A stretch of DNA of 64,000 nucleotides. Origin: an uncultured Planctomycetaceae bacterium (GTDB taxonomy: Bacteria; Planctomycetota; Planctomycetia; Planctomycetales; Planctomycetaceae). The stretch lies in assembly GCA_903871805.1 (NCBI GenBank), contig CAIQIE010000263.1, positions 518 through 64,517 of the forward strand. Direction: 5' to 3'. The notes under the pieces were generated by a model that was given only the letters and a program-made list of their open reading frames with translations, was not told the origin of the DNA and did no database searches. Position numbers and translations under genes: made by a program. Shown here in pieces: positions 38,371-49,400 of this stretch (positions within the stretch are counted from its first letter, which is position 1; each line of letters begins with the position of its first letter).

Positions 38371-40794
38371 TCAGTCGTCGTATGTGCCTGGGCAGTCAAT
38401 CGACGAATGGGCATCCAGCCGTGCTGCGGCGATGGCAAGTTGTCCGGCCGAAAGTCCTCCATCATTGGGGGGAATTCGGCAGGGCATGACGACCTGGCGG
38501 CCACGCTCTGCAAGGCTGGCCATCACCATTTCCGCCAGCTGACGATTCTGAAAACATCCGCCGCTCAGTACCACCGGGCGTTCTGGAATCCTCTCGGCAA
38601 ACTCCAGAATAAGATTTGCAACGGATCTGTGAAAAATCCATGCGAGGTACGAAGCATTTAGCCCCTGCTGAATGAGATAGACAATATTGCGCACCAGAGG
38701 ACGCCAGTCTGCCTCGATGGGGCACTCTACCCCGGATGAAGATGCCGTGTTGCTCAACCACGAAACAGCCGGCAACTCGCCAATCATCGTCGGAAGGCCA
38801 CTGATGGCTGCAGCACCTGGGCCCTGAAACTCATAAGAGGCCTCCTCCAGCATCATGGCCGGTGCGCCCTCGAAACTGGCCTCCTTAATTCCCAGAATAA
38901 GGCAGGCCACCCCATCAAACAGTCGTCCCATACTGGTCGTCAGGATGGCGTAACCGGAATGCAACAGTAACTGAATCTGATGGACTTCCTGACGTGAGCG
39001 ACTACGACTATGGTCACCAGAAATGTCTGCGGAACCAGATAACAGTCTGCTGACATCATTTGCATTCATTTCCGGAAACGCTTCAGCAAGCAACGCGACA
39101 GCGACTCGCCATGGTTCGCGAATCGCGGCTTCACCTCCAGCGAGCCCAAATGGGTGCAGGCAGCCTGCCCGTTGATACTGTCGGCGATCCGCCAGCAGAA
39201 ACTCGCCACCCCAAATTGTTCCATCCGGTCCGAATCCGGAACCATCGAAGGCAATACCGAGGACCTGGTCACTCAGTCCATGTTCCAGCATCCCGGCGAC
39301 GACATGAGCGTGATGATGCTGCACAGCCATCGTGCGACAGTTCTGCTGCAGGGCCCAGTTTACAGTAAAGTAGTCCGGATGCAGATCGTGCACGATGAGT
39401 TCCGGCGTCATCTCATACAGATTCAGCAGCCCCTGCACCTGCTGCATAAAACGGGCACGTCCGGAAATTGTATCCAGATCACCAAGATGTGGACCCATCA
39501 CGGACTGCGCACCGTTGCTGAGAGAAACCGTGACTTTTTGCTGTCCACCCATCGCCAGAAGGCAACGGCTGGTTGACAACGGAAGAGTCATTGGCGTCAG
39601 CCCGCGGCCGGGGCGAATGGTCACGGGCTGATTGCTGATGACGCGCACGACACTGTCGTCCACGGGACGCACGATGCGTCGATCGTGAAGCAACAGACCG
39701 CATTCGGATGCCTCGGTCAGCGTCCGGATCTCATGATCCTCGTAGATGATGGGGTCGGATTCTGTATTGGCACTGGTCACAACCAGAGGACGCTGCATTG
39801 CCCGAAGCAGCTGGAAATGTATTCCGGACGAGGGCAGAAAGACGCCCTGCGATTTCATACCAACGGTGACAGAAGGGGCAAGGCTGGTAATCGGTGAGCC
39901 GGAAAGTATCACGATCGGATTTTCCCTGGACTTAAGCGACCGTTCTTCAGGGGCCGAGATGTGGTCGCAGACCCATTCTTCAGAAGGAATCATCACGGCC
40001 AGAGGTTTTCCATACCGTTGCTTCAGGTGCCGGATTTTCTGTACAGCCTGCTCACTGGTGGCGTCGCACAGCAGCTGATAGCCACCAATTCCCTTCAACA
40101 GCAGAAGCTCTCCTGCTCGCAAAACATCTGCCATCAGATTCCACTGAATGTCTGTCCCCGGCCGAAGAATCTGAGGTCCGCAACTCGGGCACCCAATCGC
40201 CTGAGAATGGCCGCGACGGTCGTTCAGTGAATGAAATTCTGCGTCGCAGTCAGCACAAATTGGCCACTCCGCCATCACAGTCGCGGAGCGTTCCCACGGC
40301 ATCGAATACAGAATGCTGTATCGCGGTCCACAGTCAGAGCACCCGTTCAGGGCCCACGCAAAACGCCGATGTTCAGAATCAGTAAGCTCCTCAAGACATC
40401 GGCGACAAATTCCCAGGTCAACCGGAACCGGAGCAGACAGGTGCGCCCCGGTCCCCACTTCACCACCGCTGGCTCTGGAATCACCGACGGAGTTTTCTGC
40501 ATCGAGAGCGGTTGCCTGTACGATCTGAAAGCCTGCTGAATCTGTTGCCGGCCACACAATATCGGGATGTCTCTGACAGCCACCGTAAGTACGCAGTACC
40601 GCGTCCAGCTGACGGCAGAATTCACGCAGCGAATTATCCGCACCCATCACATGCACGAAGACTCCGTGTCGCGTGTTGCGGACAGAGCCTGAAAGTTGTG
40701 AGGAGTTGGCGAGTGAGGCAATTCTGGAGCGGAGACCACGGCCCTGAACCAGACCTGTCAAGAGTATTCCCAGGGAAACACAGTGTTCACTCAT
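38371..40794 (-). CDS. hypF: [NiFe]-hydrogenase maturation carbamoyltransferase HypF
   Basis: 807 aa with an acylphosphatase-like N-domain, two CxxC-x18-CxxC zinc fingers (CRRC...CSDCGPRYSI; CADC...CPSCGPQ), a YrdC-like domain, and a Kae1/ASKHA-like C-domain. Confidence 0.93.
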   Translation of the reverse strand: MSEHCVSLGILLTGLVQGRGLRSRIASLANSSQLSGSVRNTRHGVFVHVMGADNSLREFCRQLDAVLRTYGGCQRHPDIVWPATDSAGFQIVQATALDAENSVGDSRASGGEVGTGAHLSAPVPVDLGICRRCLEELTDSEHRRFAWALNGCSDCGPRYSILYSMPWERSATVMAEWPICADCDAEFHSLNDRRGHSQAIGCPSCGPQILRPGTDIQWNLMADVLRAGELLLLKGIGGYQLLCDATSEQAVQKIRHLKQRYGKPLAVMIPSEEWVCDHISAPEERSLKSRENPIVILSGSPITSLAPSVTVGMKSQGVFLPSSGIHFQLLRAMQRPLVVTSANTESDPIIYEDHEIRTLTEASECGLLLHDRRIVRPVDDSVVRVISNQPVTIRPGRGLTPMTLPLSTSRCLLAMGGQQKVTVSLSNGAQSVMGPHLGDLDTISGRARFMQQVQGLLNLYEMTPELIVHDLHPDYFTVNWALQQNCRTMAVQHHHAHVVAGMLEHGLSDQVLGIAFDGSGFGPDGTIWGGEFLLADRRQYQRAGCLHPFGLAGGEAAIREPWRVAVALLAEAFPEMNANDVSRLLSGSADISGDHSRSRSRQEVHQIQLLLHSGYAILTTSMGRLFDGVACLILGIKEASFEGAPAMMLEEASYEFQGPGAAAISGLPTMIGELPAVSWLSNTASSSGVECPIEADWRPLVRNIVYLIQQGLNASYLAWIFHRSVANLILEFAERIPERPVVLSGGCFQNRQLAEMVMASLAERGRQVVMPCRIPPNDGGLSAGQLAIAAARLDAHSSIDCPGTYDD

Positions 40795-40804
40795 GAAAAG
40801 TCCA

Positions 40805-41527
40805 TCATTGCTCTGGCTGTTCGCTGGGCGTTGGTTGCAAAGCGCACAGCGACGTCGGGGGCGATGCCAGCGAAGCGATCATGCGTTCTCTGGCGGTTTC
40901 CAGGTAACTGCACCAGCTATCGATACCGACATTCTTTAGAGCGCTGACTGCCATGGTCTGGATCTCGGGCTGAATCAGGCGTGCATCGCTGATCACCTGA
41001 TCCAGTGAAAACGGGACCCAGGGAAGCAGATCTGTCTTGCTGATGATCATCACCTGACTGGTGCGGAACATTTTGGGATATTTCCCGGGTTTGTCGTCGC
41101 CTTCTGTCGTGCTGAGTACGACCACACGCAGGTGCTCTCCCAGGTCGTGAGACGCTGGACAGACGAGATTGCCAATGTTCTCGATGAATAAAAAGTCGAG
41201 CGGCTGTGGAAGCTTTTCCAAACCTCGAATCACCAGCGGAATTTCCAGGTGACAGGCACCTCCCGTCGTCAATTGCTCGGCCGGCATCAGTGGGCGCAAG
41301 CGTTCTGCATCCCTTTCCGTGGCCAGATCACCAACAAGCACCCCGATTCGATATCGTTGATTCCAGAACCTTCCGGTGGCCTGTAACAGGCTGGTTTTCC
41401 CGGCGCCGGGCGATGCGACGATGTTGACAATCAGCGTGCCCAACCGTGACAGGCGATTCCGGAACTCTGCAGCCAGTTGCCTGCGATCTTCCAGCACGTC
41501 CTTTTGAACAGAGATGATCGTTACCAC
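40805..41527 (-). CDS. hypB: Hydrogenase nickel-incorporation GTPase HypB
   Basis: SPGAGKTSLL P-loop, the TGGACHLE metal-site block, ENIGNLVCPA, TEGDDKPGKYP and ISKTDLLP. There is no His-rich N-terminus. Confidence 0.9.
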   Translation of the reverse strand: MVTIISVQKDVLEDRRQLAAEFRNRLSRLGTLIVNIVASPGAGKTSLLQATGRFWNQRYRIGVLVGDLATERDAERLRPLMPAEQLTTGGACHLEIPLVIRGLEKLPQPLDFLFIENIGNLVCPASHDLGEHLRVVVLSTTEGDDKPGKYPKMFRTSQVMIISKTDLLPWVPFSLDQVISDARLIQPEIQTMAVSALKNVGIDSWCSYLETARERMIASLASPPTSLCALQPTPSEQPEQ

Positions 41528-41837
41528 AAGGATCCTTCTTTACAAGGGGCTGCAATCTTTGCCTTCACTGACGCACCTGTCGAAGTCTGGCGTCGAAAGC
41601 CGTGGAACATCTTCAGGTCGACGTGCATGGTTTGTCGTCCATTCTTCCCGGTTTGCGGCATGGGGTGAAGAGGGTTCCGATGAAATCAGGACTGATTCGT
41701 CGCAGTCGCAATGTCCCGGCACTGGGATGCGAGGCTTCATCGTTGTCTTTTGCAATTCCATCGCTCCGCAATTACTCTCCACGGAGCTGGATGGTCCGTG
41801 TTTGTCACCACCGCTGAACGATCAGGGGAGTTTCCCG

Positions 41838-43196
41838 ATGAGAGTGCACCGAATAGCGTCCGGATGGCTGCTTGGGTTATGCCTGGTACAGGGCGCATTT
41901 GCTGCCGAATTTCAAGTGGGGCATGCGAAGCGCGAGATCACTCCTGCCGCGCCTGTACCCATGTGGGGATATGGTGCACGTGGCGCAGCTCTGTCGACGG
42001 GGGTACGAGATCCGCTGTTCATCCGAACTGTTGTGATTGATGTGGGCAGTGACAAACTGGCGATTGTCGGAATGGACCTTGGACGAGCTCCAACGGATGC
42101 CATGCTGCCGCGAATTCGAAAAGCTGTCAGAGAAGCTTCCGGAGTCAATTTTTTACTGATTTCCGGTTCGCACACGCACCATGGTCCTGTGATGGAACTT
42201 CTGGACGAGCCCGACAAGGGACGTGGAAGATTCGATGATGCTGTCCGATGGAGTCAGTCGCTGGAGACCGCAATCATTGAATCCATCAACCAGGCCGCGG
42301 CGTCTGTTCGCCCAGCCAGACTGGGGTGGGGTTCAAAATCGGTGGCCATGAATCGCAATCGTCATACAGAAAGAGAGCCAAAACCGGTGGACTCTGAGTT
42401 GGGAGTGATTCGGTTTGATGATCTGGAAGGTAACCCTCTGGCTGTTGTCGTCAACTATGCAGCACATCCGACAATGCTGGACAGCAGAGATCTTCGCTTC
42501 TCGGCGGACTGGCCCGGCGCAATGGCGAAGGCGGTGGAAGAAGTTCTGCAGTCGCCCTGTGTCTTTATGCAGGGGGCATGCGGCGATTTATCATGTCAGC
42601 CGGATGAACAGTCACGTGGAGTGGATGCATTTGGGGCGGCCCTGGCACGTCAGGTCATCGAAACGGCAAATGCCATAGCAACAAAAATTCCCCAGCGTCC
42701 TCGAATTCGCGGTATCGATGACACCTTTGAATTTGAAACTCGTTTGCCGTTTTCGAATCCTCTGACTCGTGTCATGTTCAGTACAGCCTTCTTTCCGGAA
42801 CTTGCCAACGCCAGCATGACCGAAGATCTGCTGCGAAATCGAATTCGGCCAAACATGACGACCATTCTCCTGAATCAGGAGCTGGCACTGGTTGGATGTT
42901 CAGGCGAATTTTTCTGTGAGCACAGCCTCAGGCTCAAAGAACGCGCTCGGGACACCGATGTCTTCTTCTTTGGATACTGCAACGGGCATCACATGTACTT
43001 TCCCACCATTGAAGCCGCAGCCGAAGGCGGATATGGAGCGGATTCTGCAGTCAGCTGGGTCAGTCCTGGAGCCGGCGAATCCATGATGGATACCGCGCTG
43101 ATCAATATCTACACGCTGAAGGGGAGTTTTCTCCTGGATCGCACTGCCCGATCCGGGAATACCGCCCACGAGACTCCAGCCTTAAAGGCTCCCTGA
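41838..43196 (+). CDS. Neutral/alkaline ceramidase-like secreted hydrolase
   Basis: The signal peptide starts at the internal ATG (MRVHRIASGWLLGLCLVQGAFA). It has MWGYGARG...GVRDPLFIRTVVID and SGSHTHHGP blocks typical of the neutral ceramidase N-domain. The ORF track extends to 41514. Confidence 0.75.
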   Translation: MRVHRIASGWLLGLCLVQGAFAAEFQVGHAKREITPAAPVPMWGYGARGAALSTGVRDPLFIRTVVIDVGSDKLAIVGMDLGRAPTDAMLPRIRKAVREASGVNFLLISGSHTHHGPVMELLDEPDKGRGRFDDAVRWSQSLETAIIESINQAAASVRPARLGWGSKSVAMNRNRHTEREPKPVDSELGVIRFDDLEGNPLAVVVNYAAHPTMLDSRDLRFSADWPGAMAKAVEEVLQSPCVFMQGACGDLSCQPDEQSRGVDAFGAALARQVIETANAIATKIPQRPRIRGIDDTFEFETRLPFSNPLTRVMFSTAFFPELANASMTEDLLRNRIRPNMTTILLNQELALVGCSGEFFCEHSLRLKERARDTDVFFFGYCNGHHMYFPTIEAAAEGGYGADSAVSWVSPGAGESMMDTALINIYTLKGSFLLDRTARSGNTAHETPALKAP

Positions 43197-43594
43197 TATC
43201 CTGCGGCGAGTGCAAAACCTGCGTATCAGCCTGTTTGAGACTGCTGAAACGCTCTCTCATCGGCGAGGCCATAGCCGATCGGAACGCGGAACCAATCGGG
43301 TCAACGCGTTTGACGAACAATTCTTTGAGGCGTGGTACGAAGTCTGAAGCCTGCTCAGATCCCGACACAGGCGCAGCCAAATTTTCTGCCACAGGCATCG
43401 TGCGATCGCAGAGCAGACAGCTCAAATGGCTATTTATACAAGGACAGGTCTGGGCGGGAGAGACCGTATTGGAAGGAATGGCAGGCAGGATTTTTTTCAG
43501 TTTACTGTCCGGTAATCTCAGGACGCTGCGCGTGGGGAAGGACACAGCACCAGAGGGTCTGTCCGTTAGTCCTTAACAGACGTTATGGCCGTAC

Positions 43595-43780
43595 TCATGC
43601 CTTTTGATCCGGTGTCGTTTCCCGGCGAATGGCTTCGTAGACCTCTTCGCGATGTACCGTGACATCCCTTGGGGCTTCAATACCCAGACGAACCTTGTCA
43701 CCTCGGATCTCAATGACCATCAGCGTAATGTTATCGCCAATGACAATCTTCTCATCTTTCTTGCGGCTGAGTACTAACAT
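43595..43780 (-). CDS. csrA: Carbon storage regulator CsrA
   Basis: 61-aa product [51 protein letters not shown]... is canonical CsrA. The 136-aa ORF-track form is an upstream in-frame extension. Confidence 0.9.
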   Translation of the reverse strand: MLVLSRKKDEKIVIGDNITLMVIEIRGDKVRLGIEAPRDVTVHREEVYEAIRRETTPDQKA

Positions 43781-44330
43781 GTCCAGTCCCTGGTCAATCT
43801 TCTTCGTGAATGATTGCTGTCTGCTGGTTCCTGCGAACCCGAGATCAAACACTGACCCCGGCTGACAGACAGTGAAAAATTCCGGATCAACTCCCTGACA
43901 GAAGGAGCACTTCCTTCTGGCTCTGTTCGAGCTGTGGCCCGGCGCTCCCCCAAAGTTGGACAATACTGGCCTGAAGACCTGTGCTATCCCGTGCTGAAAG
44001 CCCATGTGGACACAGCAGTCACTGCGCAGAGCGATAAAGTCTAGTTCGTGTATCGACAGGGAAGGAAATAGTTCTGCAGGATTTGCCGGAACGGATGAGA
44101 CCCTCAGGCCACTTTTGGCGGTTTATGCCGGAGAATCATGTTCTGCCATGGCCGCTTTTATGCATTTTTTTGATTGTGCCGGTTAAATCGACAAAATTCG
44201 CTTCAGATCCAGCGAGTAACCCGAGGCAAAGCAGTTTTTTGCAGGTCACCAGGGATGGTTGAAACCAGAGCACCATTGGGAATTGGGGGAGTGTTGACCG
44301 GATAGTCCAGTTTGACCGGGTTCGCAGCAG

Positions 44331-45692
44331 TCAGGGCTGGATGGCTCGCTGGTCGCGGATTGCAGTCTGAAAGCCGGTAATGCTGTTCTCGGACATCTCA
44401 ATTTTTCCTGCTTCGGTGCTAATTCGAATTCCCGTGCGTTTTTCTGGTGCACGGCTTTCCAGAATTCTGTTGCCGGTGAAACGCAGGTCGCGGACTTTAC
44501 CCAGAACCTCAATCGCGACCCCATCCTCACCACCACTGTTTTCAATAGTGTTGTGCTCCAGCACATTACGATTTGGCCAGAAGTCAAGGCCTCGATCCTC
44601 GTTCCGAAAGAGTACCCCAAATGTCCCACTGTTTCGAATCACGTTGTGGCTCATGATATTATCTGTGTCATTGTGACCGATAGACACTCCGTACAGATGA
44701 TTGCCATCGATCACATTGTTTTGTGCCAGTCCGAATTTGACTCCCCAGCACCAGAATAATCCCTGACTATTTCGCTCCAGCCGGTTGCCGATGATCACTG
44801 GCCTCTGGGAACCGGACCCCGGATGAACTCCAAGGTCCGCATTATCGTGACTGTGGCAATCCTGCACCACGACATCATGGCAAATCTGAAAGCTGATCCC
44901 GTCTCCATTATTATTACGCGTAGTCACTCGGCGGATCGTGTATCGTTTGCAGTCCTGCAAAAAGATGCAGCCCCCATAATTTCCATCAAGATGTCCGGTT
45001 TCCCCGCGATTTCCGTCCAGTGCGAGGTCTTCAATCGTGACGTCAGCAGAATGTTCGCCTGTCAGCAGTGGATACAGGCTGTCGCATGTCGGCTTTCCGG
45101 ACAACCAGAGATTTTCCCGAAGTCCATCATTCAGGCAGATGCGATTTCCGCTGCGGGCAATCAGTGTGCGTTTGATGACTGTCATCGCCCCATTGTGAGG
45201 ATTGGTCGCTCGCAGTACGACACCGTCACCGAGGCGAAATCCGGAAGCATCCCGGAGTGTGATTTCCTGGTCATACCAGTCCGAATCAGCCGCCAGCTCA
45301 GTGGAAACAGACGCCGGTCGGGTCAGGACCGTGTCGACTCCGCTGCCAATCAATCGAGTTCGTGATGGAATGACGACGGAATTTCTCAGTTGCCATGTGC
45401 CCGGAAGAAGCTTTACCGTACCGCCGCCAAGCCTTGCTACACTGTCCACTGCCGCCTGCAAAACCCGGTCACTGCTGCCCATCATGTCGCCGGAATCCAC
45501 GCCCACTGTCAGCGTCAGCATTTCGTCCCAGACAGGCTGAGCCCTTTCGTCGCCGTCCGTAGCCCGAGGGTTACGAACTTCCGGGGGCTGCGCACTGACT
45601 GCACTGCGCCCTGATAAAGCTGCCAGTGCGCCGGAACTCAGGCCGGCAAGGAAATTTCTTCGAAGCAGTCCCCGCGATCGTGTCGGTTTCAT
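44331..45692 (-). CDS. Tat-exported right-handed parallel beta-helix repeat protein
   Basis: Twin-arginine signal (SRGLLRRNFLAGLSSGALAAL) from the internal ATG at 45692. It carries repeated NxxxxGN/ IxxNxI beta-helix turns (VVQDCHSHDN, IIGNRLERN, NNVIDGN, HNVIRNS, EHNTIENS, TGNRILES). Confidence 0.75.
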   Translation of the reverse strand: MKPTRSRGLLRRNFLAGLSSGALAALSGRSAVSAQPPEVRNPRATDGDERAQPVWDEMLTLTVGVDSGDMMGSSDRVLQAAVDSVARLGGGTVKLLPGTWQLRNSVVIPSRTRLIGSGVDTVLTRPASVSTELAADSDWYDQEITLRDASGFRLGDGVVLRATNPHNGAMTVIKRTLIARSGNRICLNDGLRENLWLSGKPTCDSLYPLLTGEHSADVTIEDLALDGNRGETGHLDGNYGGCIFLQDCKRYTIRRVTTRNNNGDGISFQICHDVVVQDCHSHDNADLGVHPGSGSQRPVIIGNRLERNSQGLFWCWGVKFGLAQNNVIDGNHLYGVSIGHNDTDNIMSHNVIRNSGTFGVLFRNEDRGLDFWPNRNVLEHNTIENSGGEDGVAIEVLGKVRDLRFTGNRILESRAPEKRTGIRISTEAGKIEMSENSITGFQTAIRDQRAIQP

Positions 45693-45918
45693 GGAAACTC
45701 CTGTGAGTATCGAGCAGCCTGCTGTGGGAGTCCTGCCGATCGTACTGTCAGGTACTCCTCCCGGCATATTGTCCGTGGAGACAATCACACGTTCGCCAGG
45801 AATTGCCCACGGCCACGGAGACTGTCGGCCGCTCATGTTCTCATTTCTGCATCAGACAGGCAAGCAGCCCGCGGGACGGCCGTCGCATGATTTCAGCACA
45901 GATCTGTGCGTCAACGCA

Positions 45919-46173
45919 TTACTCGGGCGCTACCGTTTCTTCCTGCGCTGCACCAATCATTTCCAGGTCAAGCAGCGTCTGCTTCGCTTCGGCTTCATTA
46001 ATGAGACAGATGGCCAGTCCGGCATGAACCACGACATAGTCGCCGGGCTCCGCTTCCGGGACACAGGCCATCTGGCATTCTCGCTGTATGCCACCAAATT
46101 CAACCAACCCACGTCCAAACACAGGATCTCGATCCAGCCACTGCAGCAGTTTTCCGGGTACTCCAAGGCACAT
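45919..46173 (-). CDS. hypC: Hydrogenase maturation chaperone HypC/HupF family
   Basis: 84 aa with an MCLGVPGK N-terminus (the essential Cys2) and the OB-fold block GDYVVVHAGLAI. Confidence 0.88.
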   Translation of the reverse strand: MCLGVPGKLLQWLDRDPVFGRGLVEFGGIQRECQMACVPEAEPGDYVVVHAGLAICLINEAEAKQTLLDLEMIGAAQEETVAPE

Positions 46174-46474
46174 CGGCTTCTCCGGTGTTGCATATCACAT
46201 GCAAAAAAGGAAGAACAGGGCACGCTGTTCTGTCAGTTTGGTTTGAAACCAACGTTCAGTCTGAGCAAGGCATTCCGGGATTGCTGCTTCACGGCGTCAC
46301 TGATCATGCAGGGTTACCTCCGACAATGACGGACGTAGCCCCGCGTCCATTCAGCTCCGCTGATGTCGACTATTGTCCTGATTTGAGCCATTGAGATCAA
46401 TCGTGGCAGCGACATCCTTTACCCCGGGCAACACAGCATTGCCCTGGGGAGAAACATGGTCCCCGGGATGTCTG

Positions 46475-49400
46475 TCAGACAGAATAGCCAAGGTTAGGAG
46501 CCAGCCAGCGTTCCATTTCGGGAACGGGCATTTTCATTCGAGCAGCATAATTTTCCACCTGATCGCGGGTAAGCCGATCAACAGCGAAATACCGGGACTG
46601 CGGAAGACTGAAGTAAAGCCCACACACAGACGCCGCTGGCCACATCGCGTAACTGGATGTCAGCGTCATCCCCACGTTTTTTTCTGCGTCCAGAAGTTGC
46701 CAGAGTGGACCTTTGGGCAGGTGGTCCGGACATGAGGGATAGCCAAACGCAGGTCGCAGCCCCATGTACTCTTCGTCAATTAACTGGTCATTGGTGAGTG
46801 TTTCGCTGCGGCCGTAGCCCCATTCCTGTCGGGCCTTTTGATGCAGGTATTCCGCAAAGGCTTCAGCACACCGGTCAGCCAGAGCCTTGACCATAATCGC
46901 GCGATAATCGTCGCCTTCGGCTTCGATTGCCTTTGCCAGCTGATCACATCCGTGACCCGCAGTGACAGCAAAGGCCCCCAGATAATCCGGGGCGCTGCCT
47001 ACAGGCGCCACGTAATCGGAGAGTGAGCGGAAGTCACGCTGGCCGACTCGTTCCCACTGCTGCCGCAGCATGGGGAATCGCATCAGTTCCGTTGTCCGGC
47101 TTTCATCGGTCCACAGGATGATGTCATCGCCGTCGGAATTTGCCGGCCAGAATCCATAAACCGCCTTTGCGGACAGCGTACGATCCGCCAGCATGCTTTT
47201 CAGTTCCCTGCCGGCGTCTGCAAACAGCCGCCTGGCTTCCTCGCCGACAATATCATCGTTAAGGATCTTTGGATATTTGCCAATCAGTTGCCATGAACTG
47301 AAAAACGGAGACCAGTCGATGTAGGGAACGAGTTCCGCGAGCGGCAGATCATGAATGACCCGCAGGCCAAGAAAGTCCGGCTTTGGCGGAACATAGGTAT
47401 CCCAGTCAACAGTAAATCGTTTTGCCAGTGCCTCCTGATAGGGAACAAGCGTCTGCTGCTGTCGCTGTTCGAAGGAGGCTCGCTGCTTATTCTGAGCATT
47501 AAGGTTCCTGGCGATGAAGTCGGGCTTGCGGTCGTTGTCCAGCAGTGCTTCCACGACTCCCACGGAGAGTGATGCGTCACCAACATGCACAACGGGCTGG
47601 TCATAGACCGGAGCAATCTTAACAGCCGTATGCTTGGCGCTGGTCGTGGCTCCTCCGATCAGCAGCGGAATCTGGCAGCCCTGTTCCTTCATTGTTCTTG
47701 CGACAGTGATCATCTCTTCGAGGGAAGGTGTAATCAGTCCGCTGAGTCCAATGATGTCGGCATTATGTTTTTTCGCCTCTTCCAGAATTGTTTCGCAGGG
47801 AACCATCACGCCGAGGTCAATGACTTTGAAATTGTTGCACCGCAGCACGACGGCTACGATGTTCTTGCCGATGTCATGAACGTCGCCCTTGACGGTGGCG
47901 ATCAGAAATGTCCCTCGATGACTTGTTGTTGCTGTGGCACCAGGGACTGCCTGGGCTGCTGCGGCCAGTGCCACAGCCTCTTCACGAGCACCGAGGAAAA
48001 GTCCGCTGGTGTTGAACCGCTGCATCTGGCTGACGGCCTTCGCGGCCTTTTCAGCCTCCATGAATGGCTCCAGCCAGGCCACAGACTTTTTCATGACACG
48101 AGCGGACTTGACGACCTGCGGCAGAAACATCTTGCCGGCTCCGAACAATTCGCCGATGACGTTCATGCCGTCCATCAGTGGCCCCTGAATGATATCCAGG
48201 GGGCGTCCGTACTTCAGGCGCGCTTCCTCTGTGTCCTGATCAATGAAGTCTGTGATGCCTTTGAGCAGTGCATGTTTCAGACGCTCTTCGACCGAACCTG
48301 CACGCCATTCATCAGTCTTTTTCTTTCCGCCCTCTGCCCGATTTTTCACCTTTTCTGCGAACTCAATCAGCCGCTCTGTGGCATCCGGCCGGCGATTCAG
48401 CAGCACATCTTCGATGAAGACCAGGAGTTCCTTATCGATCTCTTCGTAAACTTCCAGTTGCTGCGGATTGACAATCCCCATGTCCAGTCCGGCCTGGATT
48501 GCGTGGTACAGAAAGGCGGCATTCATGGCTTCGCGGACCGCTTCGTTGCCGCGGAACGAAAACGATACGTTACTGACTCCGCCCGATGTTTTTGCTCGGG
48601 GACATTCCACCTTGATCCGACGCACAGCTTCGATGAATTCCACAGCGTAATTCGCGTGTTCTTCCATCCCCGTGCCGACGGTCAGAATGTTGGCGTCGAA
48701 AATAATGTCCTGCGGTGCAAAGTCGGCTTTGTCAATCAGCAGTCGATACGCGCGTTTACAGATGCGGACCTTGTTTTCGCAATCGGTCGCCTGGCCCGTT
48801 TCATCAAAGGCCATGACGATTGCGGCCGCGCCGTAGCGGCGGATCAGCCGAGCCTGCTGCAGAAACTTCTCCTCACCTTCCTTCAGGCTGATACTGTTGA
48901 CAATACTTTTTCCGTGACAGCATTTCAGGCCAGCTTCAATCACGTTCCAGTCGGAACTATCGATCATCACGGGAACTTTGATGTTGTCGTCGTGAATCAG
49001 CCAGAGAAATTTTTCCATACAGCGAGGCCCATCGAGCAGGCCTTCGTCCATGTTGACGTCGATGACGTTCGCGCCACCCTCCACCTGTTCACGCGCAACG
49101 CTGATCGCCTCGTCGTACTTTTCCTCGCGTATCAGACGTGCAAACTTTCGTGAACCCGTAACATTTGTACGCTCTCCGACATTCAGAAAACTGGCTTCCG
49201 GACGCAACGCGACGTAGTCAAATCCTGAATACGTTGACCAGCCGTTGCCTGCAGGAATTTTTCGGGGTGGAAGCCCCTTGACGGCTTCTGTCACCTGTCG
49301 GATGTATTCCGGAGTTGTACCGCAGCAACCACCAACAATATTCAACAGCCGTGATTTGGCGGCATTGTGTAGAAGTGAGGCAAACTCTCCGGCACTGCTG

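Noticed and set aside
43595-44005. The 136-aa ORF-track version of csrA.
   Set aside because: Canonical CsrA starts at MLVLSRK (the ATG at 43780). The 75-aa in-frame upstream extension has no counterpart in the family, and an AGGGA Shine-Dalgarno-like element precedes the internal ATG.
47585-49153. A 522-aa ORF antisense to metH. Similar long antisense ORFs occur at 8705-9619 and 9999-10721 (opposite sucD/sucC), 17350-18210 (opposite the histidine kinase), 34346-35278 (opposite the SGNH gene), 52537-53631 (opposite the cytochrome gene) and 61782-62594 (opposite the giant gene).
   Set aside because: Each lies entirely inside a gene with unambiguous motifs on the other strand. Their translations are low-complexity or Arg/Ser/Pro-rich with no recognisable motifs. 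This is the typical shadow-ORF effect of codon bias.
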